From contig OU015568.1 in assembly GCA_907165135.1 (NCBI GenBank), forward strand, positions 9,176,001 to 9,240,000: a stretch of DNA of 64,000 nt. The letters are read 5' to 3'. Positions 39,547 through 54,627 of this stretch are shown one piece after another. The stretch's first letter is position 1; each line of letters starts with the position of its first letter. A program made the position numbers and the translations under genes. The stretch comes from Oikopleura dioica (lineage: Eukaryota > Animalia > Chordata). Under the pieces are notes generated by a model. That model was not told the DNA's origin. It saw only the letters and a list, made by a program, of their open reading frames with translations, and did not search any database.

Positions 39547-40138
39547 AATATCAGGAGGTTTATTCGGAAAAGGAGAAAAGTTTTGCCAACTTTCTCGTTT
39601 CCCGCTAAAAGAGAGATTCCCGGCTCACTGATCACGGAATTCCGCTTTTTGCGGTTTTAGCCGAATCTGATATGAAAATTTGAAATAAATCGAACCATTG
39701 TTCCAATAACGCGAAACTTCTAAAGAGTTCGCCGCGCAATCGAGGGGACCGTCAAACGCAAATCTCTCAAAATTGAATAAATTTGTGATATTTGAGAACC
39801 CTTCCCTCTTTTTGTGACCTTTTTCTCTGAGGATACTTGAGATTTTGTGGGTCTCTGGGGAGGTTAGTGTCTTGGGAAGAGCAAGTCATCTCGATGACGA
39901 ATTAAAACCGGTTGAATAGAATTCTAAGGAATCGCGTATATCAGCGAGTATTTAAATTGATGAGGAAGTAGAACAAAGTATCTTATTTTTACTATATTTT
40001 TCATGAGTTTATTTTCCGTGAAAGAAGAAAGGGATTCGGTTAGCAAATATCAGTGAGCATGAATGAAAAAAAAGAAGAAAAATCGATGATCGAAGTAATT
40101 TTTCGGTGATGGAAGATGGGAAGAGCGAATTTTCCACT

Positions 40139-42200
40139 CTAATCGGATAGGTTCAGGAGTTGCTTGATAATCGGAGGAGTCGAGAGAGAACGGGAGATTT
40201 GAACGAGGAGTGACTGCGCCCGCGCGAGGATTTCGTCTGTATCGACATTTCCGCTGAGCCTGTTAACGACCTGGAGAATCTCGCTGAAAAGGGTTACTCA
40301 GTGGTTTCGTCTTTGTAAAGTCTTACCAGTAGCCGAACTCTTCGTTCATAATTTCTTTTCGTTTGAGATCCAGGACAGCGGCGGCGATCAAAAGATGGAA
40401 ATTCGCGCAGGGAGAGCAAAGCCACGCTAGAAAAGGAGATAAGTCGGAAATTGTACCCTTGTCTCTTACCATCCCAAATTGTTGGCAGCGTCTCGTGTGT
40501 TGCAAGACGGCGGAAAAGGATGAGAAACCAGGGGAAGCAAAAATACATGTGTCCGGACTCTTTTCTGTCGAGGAAGCGCACCATTTCTCCATCTGTGAAG
40601 GCCAGTACTCGTCGCAGCGCTAGAAATTGTTTTAGATTTTCAAATTATGAAAAAAGAACCTTCGAATTGTCGTTTGATTGCTTCTTGTGATCTTTCAAAG
40701 TTTCCGCGGACTCGATACATGAATTTCGCAAAGACCCAGAATGCGTCGATGTCGTCTGGGTAAATGTCCAAAATAACCACGGCAATGTCTGACATTCCCT
40801 GGACGTAGCCGATGTCCTGGTCGTAGATACAGTAAGTCGTCAATAACTCACTAAGAATCTCGTAAAAAGAAACAGAAAAACTTGGTAAACCTAAGGCGTT
40901 GGATTTGCTCAGCATTAAGTCGATGAGGATCTGTTCTAGTGACATCTTTGGCAATCAGGCTTCTTCGTTCTCGAAGAATTGTACAGTACTCCTCTTGCTC
41001 AGCTGTTAGGCCTTCCCATTGCGCTCGAAGAGTATGGTATTTTTCTAAACATTGGTGATTGAAAACAAGGAAGAATAAGAGGGAAAGCTCCTACCTTCAG
41101 GATTTTTAATGCTTTCATAACCCAAGAGCTGTTTCCAGGCAAAAGGTCTTGCTCCGCCCGTCAGCCCACCTCTGAAAATCTTCTCTTTGATCGCCTTGTA
41201 CCGTCCCGCCAAAACAAAGTCTCGGAAGTCATCTTCATCCACCAGCGTTGCTCGAATAACCACAGGTCGTTCCAGCGGCAGTTCAGGTTGACCTTCATTA
41301 AAAAATGCTCGAGAAATGGGGCTTCTTGCTACTTCTTCTTGAATATTCGACGAAATGGCTCTTGTGATCTGAATTTGCTCGTGTAAATGCGCGCGCAGAA
41401 GTTGGGATAAAACAGACACCTTTGAGAAAATGCCAAAGCCGCGGTTCAGAACATCTCTTCCAGACGCGATTCTCGGTTCAGGATCGTCTTCCCAAAGCGA
41501 TAGTCGAGCATCTTTCGGTTCTTCGATTAACTCAAGCTTGTATTGCCCAGAGCCTACTTCCTGATTACCGGATGAGGAAAAACCCTCGTCGGTGGCGCTT
41601 GAACCCGAGTCTCCATTTTCCATCAAATAATAAATTCGACGACTGAAAACGAAAAGAAAAAAAAAGAAGTAAAGCTAGAAAAAACAACTCCCAAAAGTGC
41701 GCCACCGATGATATTAACGGAGACGAGAAATGTCACGAAACGTCAGTTTTTATCCCGCTGACTCAGAACTTCTGACTCAGCAGGCACTAAAAACCTAAGA
41801 TTCTTTTCATCATCCGGGTTCCTTGATAACAAAAAACGCCTGGAACGCGCTTTCAACCCTTTCGATGCCTCCAGGGCCGAAGTGAAGGGATGGAAGAGTT
41901 GCCCCGTCGCGCAGCTTGATGACCAAGTATCGCAGGCCGGAATCGTTGCGTTTTGGCTTGAAGTACTCGGAGATGTCATTCAGGTCTTGGCGGAAACCGG
42001 TGTCGAACGCGGAGCCGCCGAGAAAGGTCCAATCTCCAGCGGCGATCGGCTCCCTGAAAATCGATGGAAATCAATTAAAAGTAGCTAAAATCTCGCAATT
42101 TCAAATTTCAGTTGGAAACTCACCAAACAAATTCTCTTCTTTGCGAACTATCATGCTCAATTATACTGATTCTTCCCGACTCTGGCACTGCATTTCCATG
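40139..42200 (-). CDS. TBC1D15: TBC-domain RabGAP, TBC1D15/TBC1D17-like; 5' end approximate
   Basis: N-terminal 'GLRYLVIKLRDGATLPSLHF' and 'KIFRGGL...RPFAWKQLLGY'; TBC motifs 'IGYVQGMSDI', 'DAFWVFAKFM', 'MYFCFPWFLILFRR'; stop at 40139-40141. One frame break at the A-run 41831-41836. Confidence 0.82.
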
Positions 42201-42600
42201 AACTACAAAAACCAATAAAAAATGTCCATTTTCCGTTAAAAATACCTAAAACGTTTTCTTCCTCAAATATAATTCTCATTTATAAATTGTAAATTTCTAA
42301 TTTTCAGTATTTTTTTCTCCGATTTCAAGGTAAGTTTCTGTGTGTTTTGAAGCAACTTGGTTCGAACTCAATCACGAGAAATTATCCTTTGCTCTTCGAT
42401 CGTCGATTGGTCAAGACTTTCCACGCATGTCTCGTCCCATCAGATGAAAGGGAAAAGATTTTTTGACCTTTCTACGAAGATTTATCGATGAGGCATGCAT
42501 TCGTGTTCAATAAGGAATCGTGACGATCGAGTTATTGATGATTTCAAATATTGATTTGAAATCGAAGATTTCAATGGATCAATTTGAAAACAAGGTTTGT

Positions 42601-42616
42601 GGCCCTAAAAAGGGCC
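42601..42616 (-). promoter_or_regulatory. Histone 3' stem-loop of H2A
   Basis: Minus strand reads GGCCCTTTTTAGGGCC followed by ACAAA. Confidence 0.92.
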
Positions 42617-42646
42617 GGGTTTGAGAATTTCTCAGTGAAGAGAAAT

Positions 42647-43246
<600 letters not shown>

Positions 43247-43609
43247 ATGGCCGCTACCAAAGGTTCCAAGAAAGCTATCGTCAAGAAGGCTCCCCCAGCC
43301 GGAGACAAGAAGAAGCGAAAGGCTAAGCGAAAGGAGTCCTACTCCATCTACATCTACAAGGTCCTCAAGCAAGTCCACCCCGACACCGGTATCTCCTCGA
43401 AGGCCATGTCCATCATGAACTCGTTCGTGTCAGACATCTTCGAGCGAATCGCCAACGAGGCCTCCCGACTCGCCAAGTACAATAAAAAGTCGACCATCTC
43501 TTCCCGAGAGGTCCAGACCGCCGTCCGACTTCTCCTCCCCGGTGAATTGGCCAAGCACGCCGTCTCCGAAGGAACCAAGGCCGTCACCAAGTACACTTCT
43601 TCCAAGTAA
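43247..43609 (+). CDS. H2B: Histone H2B
   Basis: '[33 protein letters not shown]...[12 protein letters not shown]'. Confidence 0.98.
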   Translation: MAATKGSKKAIVKKAPPAGDKKKRKAKRKESYSIYIYKVLKQVHPDTGISSKAMSIMNSFVSDIFERIANEASRLAKYNKKSTISSREVQTAVRLLLPGELAKHAVSEGTKAVTKYTSSK

Positions 43610-43633
43610 ATTTCGATTTACTTCGACAAACCC

Positions 43634-43649
43634 GGCCCTTTTTAGGGCC
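43634..43649 (+). promoter_or_regulatory. Histone 3' stem-loop of H2B
   Basis: GGCCCTTTTTAGGGCC followed by ACAAA. Confidence 0.92.
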
Positions 43650-44347
43650 ACAAATTCTCAAAATTTCTTTGAAAAACTGCCAGCATCTTTTCTTGAAAGA
43701 AAATTTGCCGAACTTCAGTCTTATCCCCAGAAATATATTGGTTATAAAATGATGCCAGTGTTACAGGAACAAAAGGCCGGATGACCAAATCATTGTTGAT
43801 AATTACCTGCATTATACAACCGTTTACCGGTATTATGTGAATGATATGAAAATAAATGAATGAATTGATATAATTTTCTTGTTTGACTCAATGAAACAAA
43901 AGCAGTAATGCAAAAATATTTCATCTTCGATTGAATATCCTTGAGTTCTGGGCAAAAAATCCTTTATTTCCAGTAGCACGTATTATTCTCACTTATTGTA
44001 CCATATTTTAAAATTTGTTGAATGCGTTTATTCTTGATATTATCCTACATTCAAGGCAGATTTTTAAGATCAGTGACCAGACTTCTGTTATATTTTTCCG
44101 GAATTTTAAATTCCGAATTTCCCATCCGCCAATCTATTTTTGAAGTGGGTCTTCTACCTTTGAAAATATTGAACTGTGTCCAACAGCACGCATCGTCACG
44201 GCTCAACGATTTTTTCAGTTAGCCCGCCAAGCGCACTGTCAATAATCTCGCCCCCTGGGGAGGTGGGGTTGTCTCCACTACGGCCGCTCCGCGCAAATAT
44301 AACCCGCCGTCGCCAGGCAGAGTGCATCACAAAGTAAAATTTGTTGA

Positions 44348-44671
<324 letters not shown>

Positions 44672-44718
44672 GGGTTTCATACTCTTTTCACTTGCCTAGC
44701 GCTCAAACATTGCCAACC

Positions 44719-44734
44719 GGCCCTTTTCAGGGCC
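44719..44734 (+). promoter_or_regulatory. Histone 3' stem-loop of H4
   Basis: GGCCCTTTTCAGGGCC followed by ACAAA. Confidence 0.92.
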
Positions 44735-45169
44735 ACAAATTACTCGTTTTTCAACTTCATATGTGTTAATAAAATGCTGTCATAAAAATTCTCTTTTATG
44801 TTAGATAAACTAATAATAAAATAAAATGATGCTGAAAATCGTTTATTTTATTTTCAATGAATTATTGAATAAGAAAAGATGTGAACAAGCATTCTTCAAA
44901 AAAGGCCGTCGAAGAAGCAGAACAGAGCTGAAAGACCATTGTTGAGACAATATTTGAGAATTTACAGCGGATGTTCTTAAAGTTTAATAATAAATTTCTC
45001 CGAATTAATAAGTTTTTGTTCATTCATTAGCAAAAACACTGGACTTACCTTCGTCATTTCCAGGTGCATCAAAAGAGTAGGTTTTTTTTAATAAAGAAAC
45101 TGCTAAATTATTAAAATTGCTTTTATTCCGACTTGTTGGCAAACTCACACTTCAGAACTTTTATCAAAT

Positions 45170-48100
45170 ATGCTCGATCATGTTTTTTACTTTATATTTT
45201 TGCCGAGAGTTCTTGCATCTTGTGTGGATCCATGTCAAGATAAACCGAATTGTCAGACTTTCATCGACTCGTGCCACGTCTCCACAACCGCTCCTGCTGA
45301 AAATAGAGGATCTTTTGCAATAACGAAAGAATACGAGTTCAGTTTCGGCACTCACATAAGAAAGTGTGACCTTCATTGGCCTGGAGTTATCGAACTTACT
45401 GCTGGCGGACCGTGCCCTTACGGTGAAGTATCTCCGAGAGAGAATCGTGTTTTCGGTTTGTCTATAGTAGATGGTGCACTGTACCTCCCGGACGGATGAA
45501 AAATTCATAAACACGTTTTTGTTTTTTTGAGAAAGATTTTCATAATTTTTCATCGCAGAAAATAGATACGTCAATCAAGATCCTCCCGAAAATTGGGGCT
45601 ACGGAATAAACTCAAATTGCGGACAAGAGGTTTCCCCTAGAATTCCCTGTGAATTACACGGATGGCATCAATATACTCTTGAGCAACGCGAGATTCGACC
45701 TGGAGTTATTCGCCAACAAGTATGGAAAGAAGATACTATTGCGGAGCATGTAGAACTTCTGGCGGAAAAAGAGTACCAGACAAGCAATGTTCTTGACGGA
45801 GAAATTTTGAATGTCATGACCTGGCAATCAACCTTTGGTGCTAACGACGAGCAACATACGGCTGCTATTAAAAACGTATTCTACCAAGGTTGCTACAGCA
45901 ATTGCGTGGAAGAGGATCAATGGATATATGGGGAGGGCCAATTTTTGCGGCATTATCCGCCGAGTACTGGATTGATTGAGAAGGATACATTAGAAGAAGC
46001 GCAGGTAAGACTTTTGAAGATCATGAATTATGAAAAGACCTTTATTTGATAGAGATTATGCTCAATGACAAGTGATTGCGGCGGAGTAACAAGCATTTAT
46101 AATGGCCAAATATATACGCTTCGTCATAAGACTGATTTCGTTGTTTCTACAGATTATGAGAACTCCTGGGTTAAAGTCTTTAAAGAAAATTGCACTGAGT
46201 TTGTGGACTCTTGCGGAGCGATTCCAGAACGAAATAACCTCCTTACTTCCATAACGATTCCACTGAATTTTTATGTCAGTGTTGAAATTCGAACAAAAGC
46301 ATTTACTCTATCGAAAGATTTGAACATATTTTACATTATAAATAACGAATGGAACTCTTCGAACAAAGGGAAAAGACTCTTTGCTATGTGGCTTGATCAT
46401 ATTAGCTCTGATGGAGTCACAGTTAATGAAGATTTCTGGGTTAGGAAATGGATAGATTTTCATCACGACGCTTTCTGTTATTAAAAAGATATCCATGAGA
46501 AGATTTGTGGAGCAAAATGACGACCCACACTACTGGGGCATAGGAATGAATGTCAAGTGTAAACCTGGATATTGGCAAAAATTTTCAATTGAACAGCGCG
46601 AAATTCAGCCCGGGAAAGCGCTCCGAACTTTTAGGCACGGCGATGAAATACTTCATCAAGACTTGTCAGATGTTCAAAACACCATGACTGGCGACGTAGT
46701 CAAAGTATACCTTTCCCAAGATTCCGACAATACAGCAGGAGAGCTCGCAGAAGTTCGAAACTTCTACTTTCAAGAGCTCGAACCATGCTTAGATCCATGT
46801 GATGGGTACGAAGATTGCACAACTTTCATAAATTCCTGTGAAGCTCATGTTGGACCGAACATCAACAAGCTGTTGTTTGGAAACTTTATAGCGAGTATGA
46901 ATATGAAAATAAGCTTTGAGTATAAATGTGAAAAGGATGGAGAAGCCAGAACTGTAGTTTATATGACTGAACATGATTCAGCAGGAAAAGATAGAAAATA
47001 TCCCAACATTTTATTTTAATATAAGTAAAATTCATTCATCTTTTTGAAAGGAGAGCCATTGAACCACGTTCCAGGGCGATATTTTGATTTGAGAACAGAT
47101 CCTTATTCCAATAGCATCACCAAAACTGCCTTTACTAGACATTTCATAACTGTATCTGACAGCCATTCTGAGAGAATAACAGTTCCTCTACCGTCAAGCT
47201 GCAATAACGGAGAATGGATGCGAGTGGACTTTGAGATTCGAGAGAGGGAAACAGACATATTGATGTCGTCCAGAGAGAATAGCACCGTTGTTTATCAAGA
47301 ATCTTACTCAAAATCTTCTATCAAAAAAGATCGTCCAATATTTGTTTACCTTGGGCGTCCTGTGTACGATTATTCAACAGTTTTTCCCTACCAGAAAGTG
47401 CGAAATCTAAAACATCAGTCGTTTCCTGACATGGGTCCCTGTCCAGATCCTTGCTATCGCCTTGATGACTGCGTGACTTACGTCGATTCTTGTGAAGTAA
47501 CGCCAACAAGTGGCACAAAAGCTGGCGTGATGTACTTACCAACATTAACATTCAAGATCAACATCGATATTATGTGTCCGACGGAAATAGTCGCAAATCA
47601 ACCTGCTGGGAAAGCGAACAATCTTGTGAGCGTTGCGAAATTTTCGTCGTTTAATCCTTTATATTTGGAAATAAGAAGAGAATTTGGAGTCAATAGCAAT
47701 AATCAGCTATATTTTAACAGGGATTATAACAACCAGACAGCAGGTACTCATAACCTAGTATCGTTTATACCAGACGTTTGTAATGGATAATAAATGCTGT
47801 ATCACCATAATCAACCAATTAGAATCTTTAACAAGGCACGAAATTATCCATTTTAAAGGCAAAATTATCAAGTCCATCAAACTAAGGATGGAAGTACAGA
47901 GATGGGACCACTTTTCAAGTCCGAGCTTCAACAAGATGGCTTGATAATTAACTTCGTCGTCAGAGGCATTGTGGGTCATTCTCCTACTTATAATCGGGAC
48001 GTTTTTACAGGTCCATCGACTCTTGGCTCAACAAATTGCGAAATTCGCAACTTTTATCTTCAACAGTGTCCCGAAGCTTGTTCTGCTCTTCCATCCGCCC

Positions 48101-51100
48101 GGAAAAGCAACTGTATGACCTGGCAAGCTTGTGAGAGAGCGCCAAAACAGGTCTGAATCTTAAACAATCTCGTCCTAACTTTTTTACTAGGGCGTTAAAA
48201 TTGCGAATTACACATTTGGTCCAAATTTTATTATCAGTGTGGATGTAAAATGTGACAATTCTGATGAGTTTGGTGAGTGGGAAGGGGTTTTTTCGGTTAG
48301 CAATCGTGCTGGTTATCACCAAAATGGTCATCGAATATTCACATTTTACAGATCATCAACTGGCTTTATTCGCTTTATTATGAACCAGGCGGATAATAGT
48401 CCAAAAAACCCGAATGTTCTAGGGCGCCTTGGACATGAAGCGATTCACGATACGACCTGTGATGAAGGATGGTACACTTATGAGCTCATTTCGAAGCAAG
48501 ACCCAGATGATCCTGCAACAACAAACTACACTTTAACCGAAGATGGAGTTGAGATCTATTCCGACTCGCATCCGACAAAACTTCTTCCGAACGGTGACCA
48601 AATAGAGGTTCACGTTTCAGATCCGGAACATAGTGCAGCAACAGCTTTCCATGTTCGAAATTTCTACATTGAAACGCTTACTGACAACGATATCTGTGAC
48701 GATCCTACCTTTTGCCCAGTTGACTCGTTGTGTTCTGCTGAAGATTTTACGTGCACTTGTCATGTTGGTACAATTTATGAAAGTAAGAAAATTTATTTTT
48801 TGATTGATTTTCACTATGAATTCATAGATTATTGCTTGACGGCTGATTGTGATGGGTATCAATGTTGCAATGGTGGTTTTTACGATTCAAATGCAAATCA
48901 ATGCGTAGATGTTGATGAGTGCAGTCTTCAAGAGCCGATTTGCCCATCAGAAATAATGACATGTTCGAATACTGAATTCAGCTACGAGTGTTCCTGCCCA
49001 GTTGGATACGAAAATGCGTTTTGCGCCGGAAATGCTTGCAGAACCTTTCAATGCGTCGAAATCGACGAATGCACAACTCAAAATCCATGTTCGACAACAG
49101 AAACCTGCAAGAACACCCTTGGAAGCTATGAATGTGACTGCATAGATGGCTATAATCGTGTAGATGGTGTTTGTGAAGACATAAACGAGTGCGAGGCTGA
49201 AAGTGAAGCTTGTCCTCAATTTTCAACTTGCGAGAATAACACTCCGGGGTTTCAATGCGTATGTGATCCTGGCTTCGTTCAAGATACTTGCAGTGGACAT
49301 GATGATTGCAGTACGTTTGTTTGTATTGATGATGATGAATGTTCAATTGAGCCTTGTGGTGAAAATATGTCATGTACGAATTCAGTTGGAAGTTACTCTT
49401 GTGAATGTTTTGACGGCATGAATATGATCGACGATGAATGTTTTGATGTTGACGAGTGCTTATTTGAAGAAGACATTTGTCCAGCGTTTTCCACTTGTGA
49501 AAACCTCCTAGGAAGCTTCAAATGCTCCTGTTCGACTGGTTTTGATGGTGGATTTTGCTCCGGTTATCAAGACTGCTCAAGTTTCGCCTGTGCAGATATA
49601 GATGAATGCAAAGTTGGAAGCCACTCGTGCGATGAGATTTGTACGAACACTGTTGGTAATTATACGTGTTCTTGTCCTATTCAAATGCGGCAGATTGGCT
49701 TTTTTGGTTGCGAAGAGGTCATCTTCGATTCTAAAGATCTGAGTAAAATGGACGATGATGAACTCAAAACAATGATTGAAAATGAGTTTATAGTTATTCG
49801 CGATAAAATGCAACTTGCAATAAAATTGACCAACGATTCGAAATTGGTATCAGAAGCAATAGGAGAAGCTTCCGCGAGGACGGGGAATCTCTTGTCGAAT
49901 CTTCTTGCTCCGAAAAGCGGCGATGATGCGTTTTTGAAAAAAATCGGTTCTTCGAGCATTGACTTACTGCTGGAGAACAGTGAAAACATGGTCTCGATAA
50001 GAAAAGGCTTGAATCTGCTCCTTGATGCAGTTTCTGAAGACTCCCCGTCGACTGAGTTTATCGTCTTTGGAGAAAACATAACCATTCCTGTTTTATTCCA
50101 AGAAACGAAAAGCAGCGAGAAAGGAATGTTTGCAGAGATAAAGTTCAATCCTTTTATCTACTCTGATGACGACTTGCGACTTGCCAAAAATGTCCTTTAC
50201 TCTGCCAACTATGAGGGCTCCGCTCAAATGTCTTTTCAACAGGAAGCTAAGACGATTAAGAAGAAAATGGTACCAGACCAGGGCGAGATTATCCGATTCG
50301 ACCTTGAAAACAACGAAGACTTTTTCGTGTTCTTTGATTCTGAGCTTCAAAACCTCCATCTCGAATTATTCGTTGACTTTTGGTACCAGCCCGATCCAAA
50401 GCTGCTTTCCTTCCGACATCATGCGAATCTCCCATCGTTTAAAAATGTAACTGACTTATCATCTACAATTTGCACGGAGAAGAACTGCTCTGGTGATCCT
50501 TATGGGATACATTTTGACAAGAATGAGGTTGAGCACTGCTTTTCTCGCGATAAATGCTCAATATTTATCCTCATCAGATCAACTTCTCTTGATTCTGATC
50601 AAGAAGAATTCGACCTAAGAATAACCTCCGTTTCTGCATCCTGCGTAACCGATAAGTCAGAAAAATGGAACCGAGACTTTTGTGAAGTTATGAGTGATTC
50701 CACCGCTGTAAATGTTAAATGCTCGTGTAAGATCTCCTCTGGCGACAAGATCACGTCACGATCAGGAAGTTTTACAACTGTGGCAGACTACTACACAGTC
50801 TTTGTAAACGAAATAATAACCCTAAGCGTGAAACTATTCCCCATCATCCTCGGTTTTCTCTGGGTTTGCATCCTCATTCGAAGCCATTTCTTGGATCGCT
50901 CGAACAACCGAAGCAATTTTCTTCATCCTCCTGCTCTGGTTATCCGAAAAAGCTTTCAGCACGTTGCTGGTTTTTATATTATTTCTGTCGACTCGCGATT
51001 TTCCTTCAACAGAGCACCAAAAATGCTCAAATTGGAAATTTTCTTTCTCGATCTTCTTCTCAGAGAGCAAATTGTCGAATTTTATCTTGGCTCAGAAAAC

Positions 51101-53690
51101 AACAGAATATTTGAAAACGGAAAAATATCCCATTTTTTGATGACGCTTCCGATTATGAAGATCAAGAGCTTGAAATTATCTACTAATATCCACAAAGAAC
51201 TGGAAGCAACATTTCTGCCAAAGAAAATATCTTTCTTCAAAGTTGACCAATTTCCACAATCAAATTCAAAGGCGTCTATTAGCAACATCGCTGGGCATGA
51301 ATCCACAGTAGTTTTTGATAAAGACGATGTGATTTCTGTTCTTGGGACTGAAGAAGCTTGCTCTTCAAAAGTATTTATGGACGATAAATATCAAGAAGAT
51401 ACTTGTCTCAAGGAAAAACTCATTGACAATAGCCACTGGTTTGGCCCGATTTTATCGAGAAGACAAAATGAAATTTCGAGGTCGTCGCGAATTATTTTAG
51501 CTGGATTCTCTTTGTTGTCTTCGATATTTCTCTCCTTTCTTCATTTCTTTTACTTATCGGATTTATTTGAAGCTTACTTTCCTGTGAAATTTCTGCTATT
51601 TGGACCATTAACTCTCTCAACTCTTCAACTGCCGCTTGTTCTCGTTATTTTTCTGGTGCTATTGCTACAGATTTGCAGTCGCTCTTTTCTCCTAAAAATT
51701 GCTAGATTGCGGTTTATACAAAAGTTTGCTGTTTACACTTTTGCCGGGATTTTTATTTTATCTGTTTGTGGATTTATGCTCATTCAAACATCATCCCTCA
51801 GGATAGGTCTAGTAAAATGAGCTAGAAAATAACGAATAAAAATACTAACCGAAAACAGTGAAATGCATTTCGATTTATGGATGACAGGAAATTACTTCAT
51901 CGTCGTTTTTGAACTGTTCCTGATTCCTCTTATCGTCTCTCTAAGAAAAACGACCGACAAAAGTGAACCCGAATACACATTTTTTGACAGATCAGAAGCA
52001 TATGAAAACGGATTGTATCAAAAACTACAGAAATCAATTTTAAACAAAGAAGCCATTACTGACCTCGTTTACAAATCGAAACACAAAGCTGACTTTCGCC
52101 TCACAATGCGACGATTTATTTCTTACTTTTTCTTGACGTTGAGTTTATACGGGCTTTCTACAGTAATTTTACCGACTGAGAAATTCCTTCTTGACAAAAA
52201 CTTCCGCGACAAAATATCCATCATTCCGAGCCAAACCCAACTCAATATCACTTCAACGTGGGAATTAATTCAAAGCGAAATCGTTCCTCTCATCCACTCT
52301 GGCAATCCCAGTAATGGCGAAAAAGCAAATTTGAAAGACAGAGCTTTTGCAAGAGACAACGTCAATTTCCGCCTTGGTCCTGCCTCATTGACTCAGCATC
52401 GCGATCAATGCGGCTTTTTCACTACTTACTGGAATCCACAACCAACTGCTTCAGAAAGAGCTATGGAAAAGGTCATCAAATCGCCCCTTCTATCCTCCTA
52501 CTTTTCAAACACCAGATCATCCCTTTCTTCTGACATCTTTCTTCAAACTCCGAATCGAATAACCTCTTCCACCTGCGCATTCTCAGCCATTCTTGGAACC
52601 TCAAAAGAAAGTGCCGATTACATGACCGACTTTCTCCGCAAAAACGCCTGGTTCGACCAAGAAACAAAACTTCTCATCTTCGAGCAGAGCTTTTTGAACA
52701 TGAACATCAACGCGTTTGTCCAATTGAGAGTGGTATTCGAGTTCGTTGAGGGAGGCGCCATCATCCCGTCCCTGACGATTCAGCAGCTCAAAAATGTGGA
52801 GTTGACCGACTACACTTTTGCATTCAACCTTATTGTTTTCATCACTCTGCTTCTTTATGAAACGGTCGAGGTTTTTAGAATTACGAAGAATCGTGAAATA
52901 ACTTTTCTTTCACTCTACAAAATCATTCTGACCATGATTGACATCGTAATTTTGGCTTTCATTATCCTTCGGTCAAATTATCTGTCCAAAGCTATCGAAA
53001 ATTTCATTCTGGATCCGAAGGGCGCTCCTAAATTTTCGAAAGTATTTCTAATCCAGCATCATTTTATTTCACTCGTCGCGATGTCTCTCTTTCTACACAG
53101 CTTCTTGCTCATCCACATTCTATCGACTCTCAATGCCGTCAGACGTAAGACGCTAGTTGAACCCGAAAAAATAACCCACTTTTTCAGAGTACAAGAGCAT
53201 CCTCAAACAGCTGAAAAAGACCCTGGCTCCATTTGTTCTGGCTCTTCTGCCGGTTCAATTTGGATTATCCTCCGTCGTCTTTATCATTTTTCGCTACTCG
53301 TCCTTCATTTTCCGTTCTTTATGGAAAACCTTCTTTGTCATCATTTGGCAGGGCTATCTCAAGCCTTCAGGTAACTTATGCATTTTTATGATAAATCATC
53401 TTTGATAAGATATGCGAATCGAAGTCGATGAACTTCCCGATCCGAATTGGCGGCTTCTTGCTAAATTTATTTACTTTGCTTTGAATCTTTCGATGATGTA
53501 CCTGACGATGAACGTTATTGTGGCAATAATTTGTGATACAAATCAAAGCGTGAAAGAAGATGAGCTCGAGTTAGACTGGCTAAGTCTTGTGTCAGAAAAA
53601 ATTAAAAAGTTACGAAGTAAAAGGGCAAAAAGGACAAAGACTGGGAAATTCTATAAGAATCGTAAAGACACTTATAAAACCTCTCAGTGA
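45170..53690 (+). CDS. Polycystin-1-like (PKD1L/PKDREJ-type) protein: signal peptide, five ConA/LamG-like repeats, calcium-binding EGF array, GPS-like motif, PLAT, TOP and channel domain
   Basis: Signal 'MLDHVFYFIFLPRVLA'; repeated 'DPC...C.TF.DSC' and 'VRNFY' units; many 'DxDEC' EGF modules (48840-49700); GPS-like 'SC...KWNRDFCEV...VKCSC'; 'HWFGPILSR...SRSSRI'; TOP motifs 'NFRLGPASLTQHR' and 'LRKNAWFDQETKLLIFE...EFVEGGAIIPS'. Multi-exon, with frame breaks near 47015 and 47790. Confidence 0.8.
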
Positions 53691-53789
53691 TTCTGTAAAA
53701 TCTTGCTGATAATTTATTCAATAAAAAACTGGAAAATGTTACATGTTATATGTTCGCAGTGACAAGTTTTCGTTTTTGAATTTTCACAT

Positions 53790-54627
53790 GATAGAGTAAT
53801 TCTCTGGCGAAGCTTCATGATCTGGCTCTTCATCGGTAAATTCCACGATCCTCGATGGCAGCTTCATGGTCGGGTTCTTCATCCGAAGAATCTTCGGTCA
53901 GCTTTTCTGGTGAATCTTTCGGCAAAATCGTGATGTTGACCACAATGTAGGCGTTTCGAACTGTTCGCTTCAATTTCATTTCAACTATCCCATTCTCAGA
54001 GATCTTCGTCTTCTGCGACCCCGTGACAAAATCGTAGTACCACCAGTATTCAGTTGCCTCGACTTTGATTTTTGGACCTCCATCTAAGCAATAACCGAAA
54101 AATAATTGTCATAAAAATAATTGACTGTTTACCGAGTTTCTCGAGGAAAAAGTGATGAAATCCATCGCCAAGGAGTTCATGAGTTTCCAAGTCTATGCAA
54201 GAGCCGACAAATCTGACTCTCCATCCATACGCTTCGATATCTACGTTATTACTGCAAATGCGCTGCTCGTTCTTGGTGATGATAGGCTCCGTTACAGATC
54301 TCCCAGGCAGGAAAGAAAACTTTAAGTATTTTCCAGTTGAGTAGAACTTTTGTTGGCGTATTCACTTGTTTTTTTTTCGAAAGAAAATTGTTTTGGTTAA
54401 CGCCCATTCAAGTCAAGTAGTTTCAACACATTCTCGATGTTCTCGTCATAAAAATGACTGCGGCCATTTTCATTTTTACCAGGCCAGCCTTCATCACCTT
54501 CATAGTGACCAGCTCCAAGCTCAGGCGTCAGTTTTTTTGTCCAGTATCGCAGACGATTCTTTCGGTTCCTTTCAAGTCTCTTCGCTTCGTCCATCCTTGA
54601 ATTGGGATTTTTACCTTTTAAAGGCAT
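53790..54627 (-). CDS. Hypothetical 3-exon protein, unrecognised
   Basis: Open segments 54627 to about 54402, about 54340-54133 and about 54083-53830 separated by AT-rich GT-AG-like gaps. One junction is not resolved. Confidence 0.35.

Noticed and set aside
41831-41836. Programmed +1 frameshift in the TBC gene
   Set aside because: Removing one base from a 6-nt homopolymer restores 'AFLLSRNPDDEKNLRFLV'. This is a typical assembly indel with no stimulatory structure seen.
47014-47017. In-frame stop in the polycystin-like gene
   Set aside because: Deleting one T from the run gives 'NILFNI' and a GT donor in the correct phase. Likely a homopolymer error.
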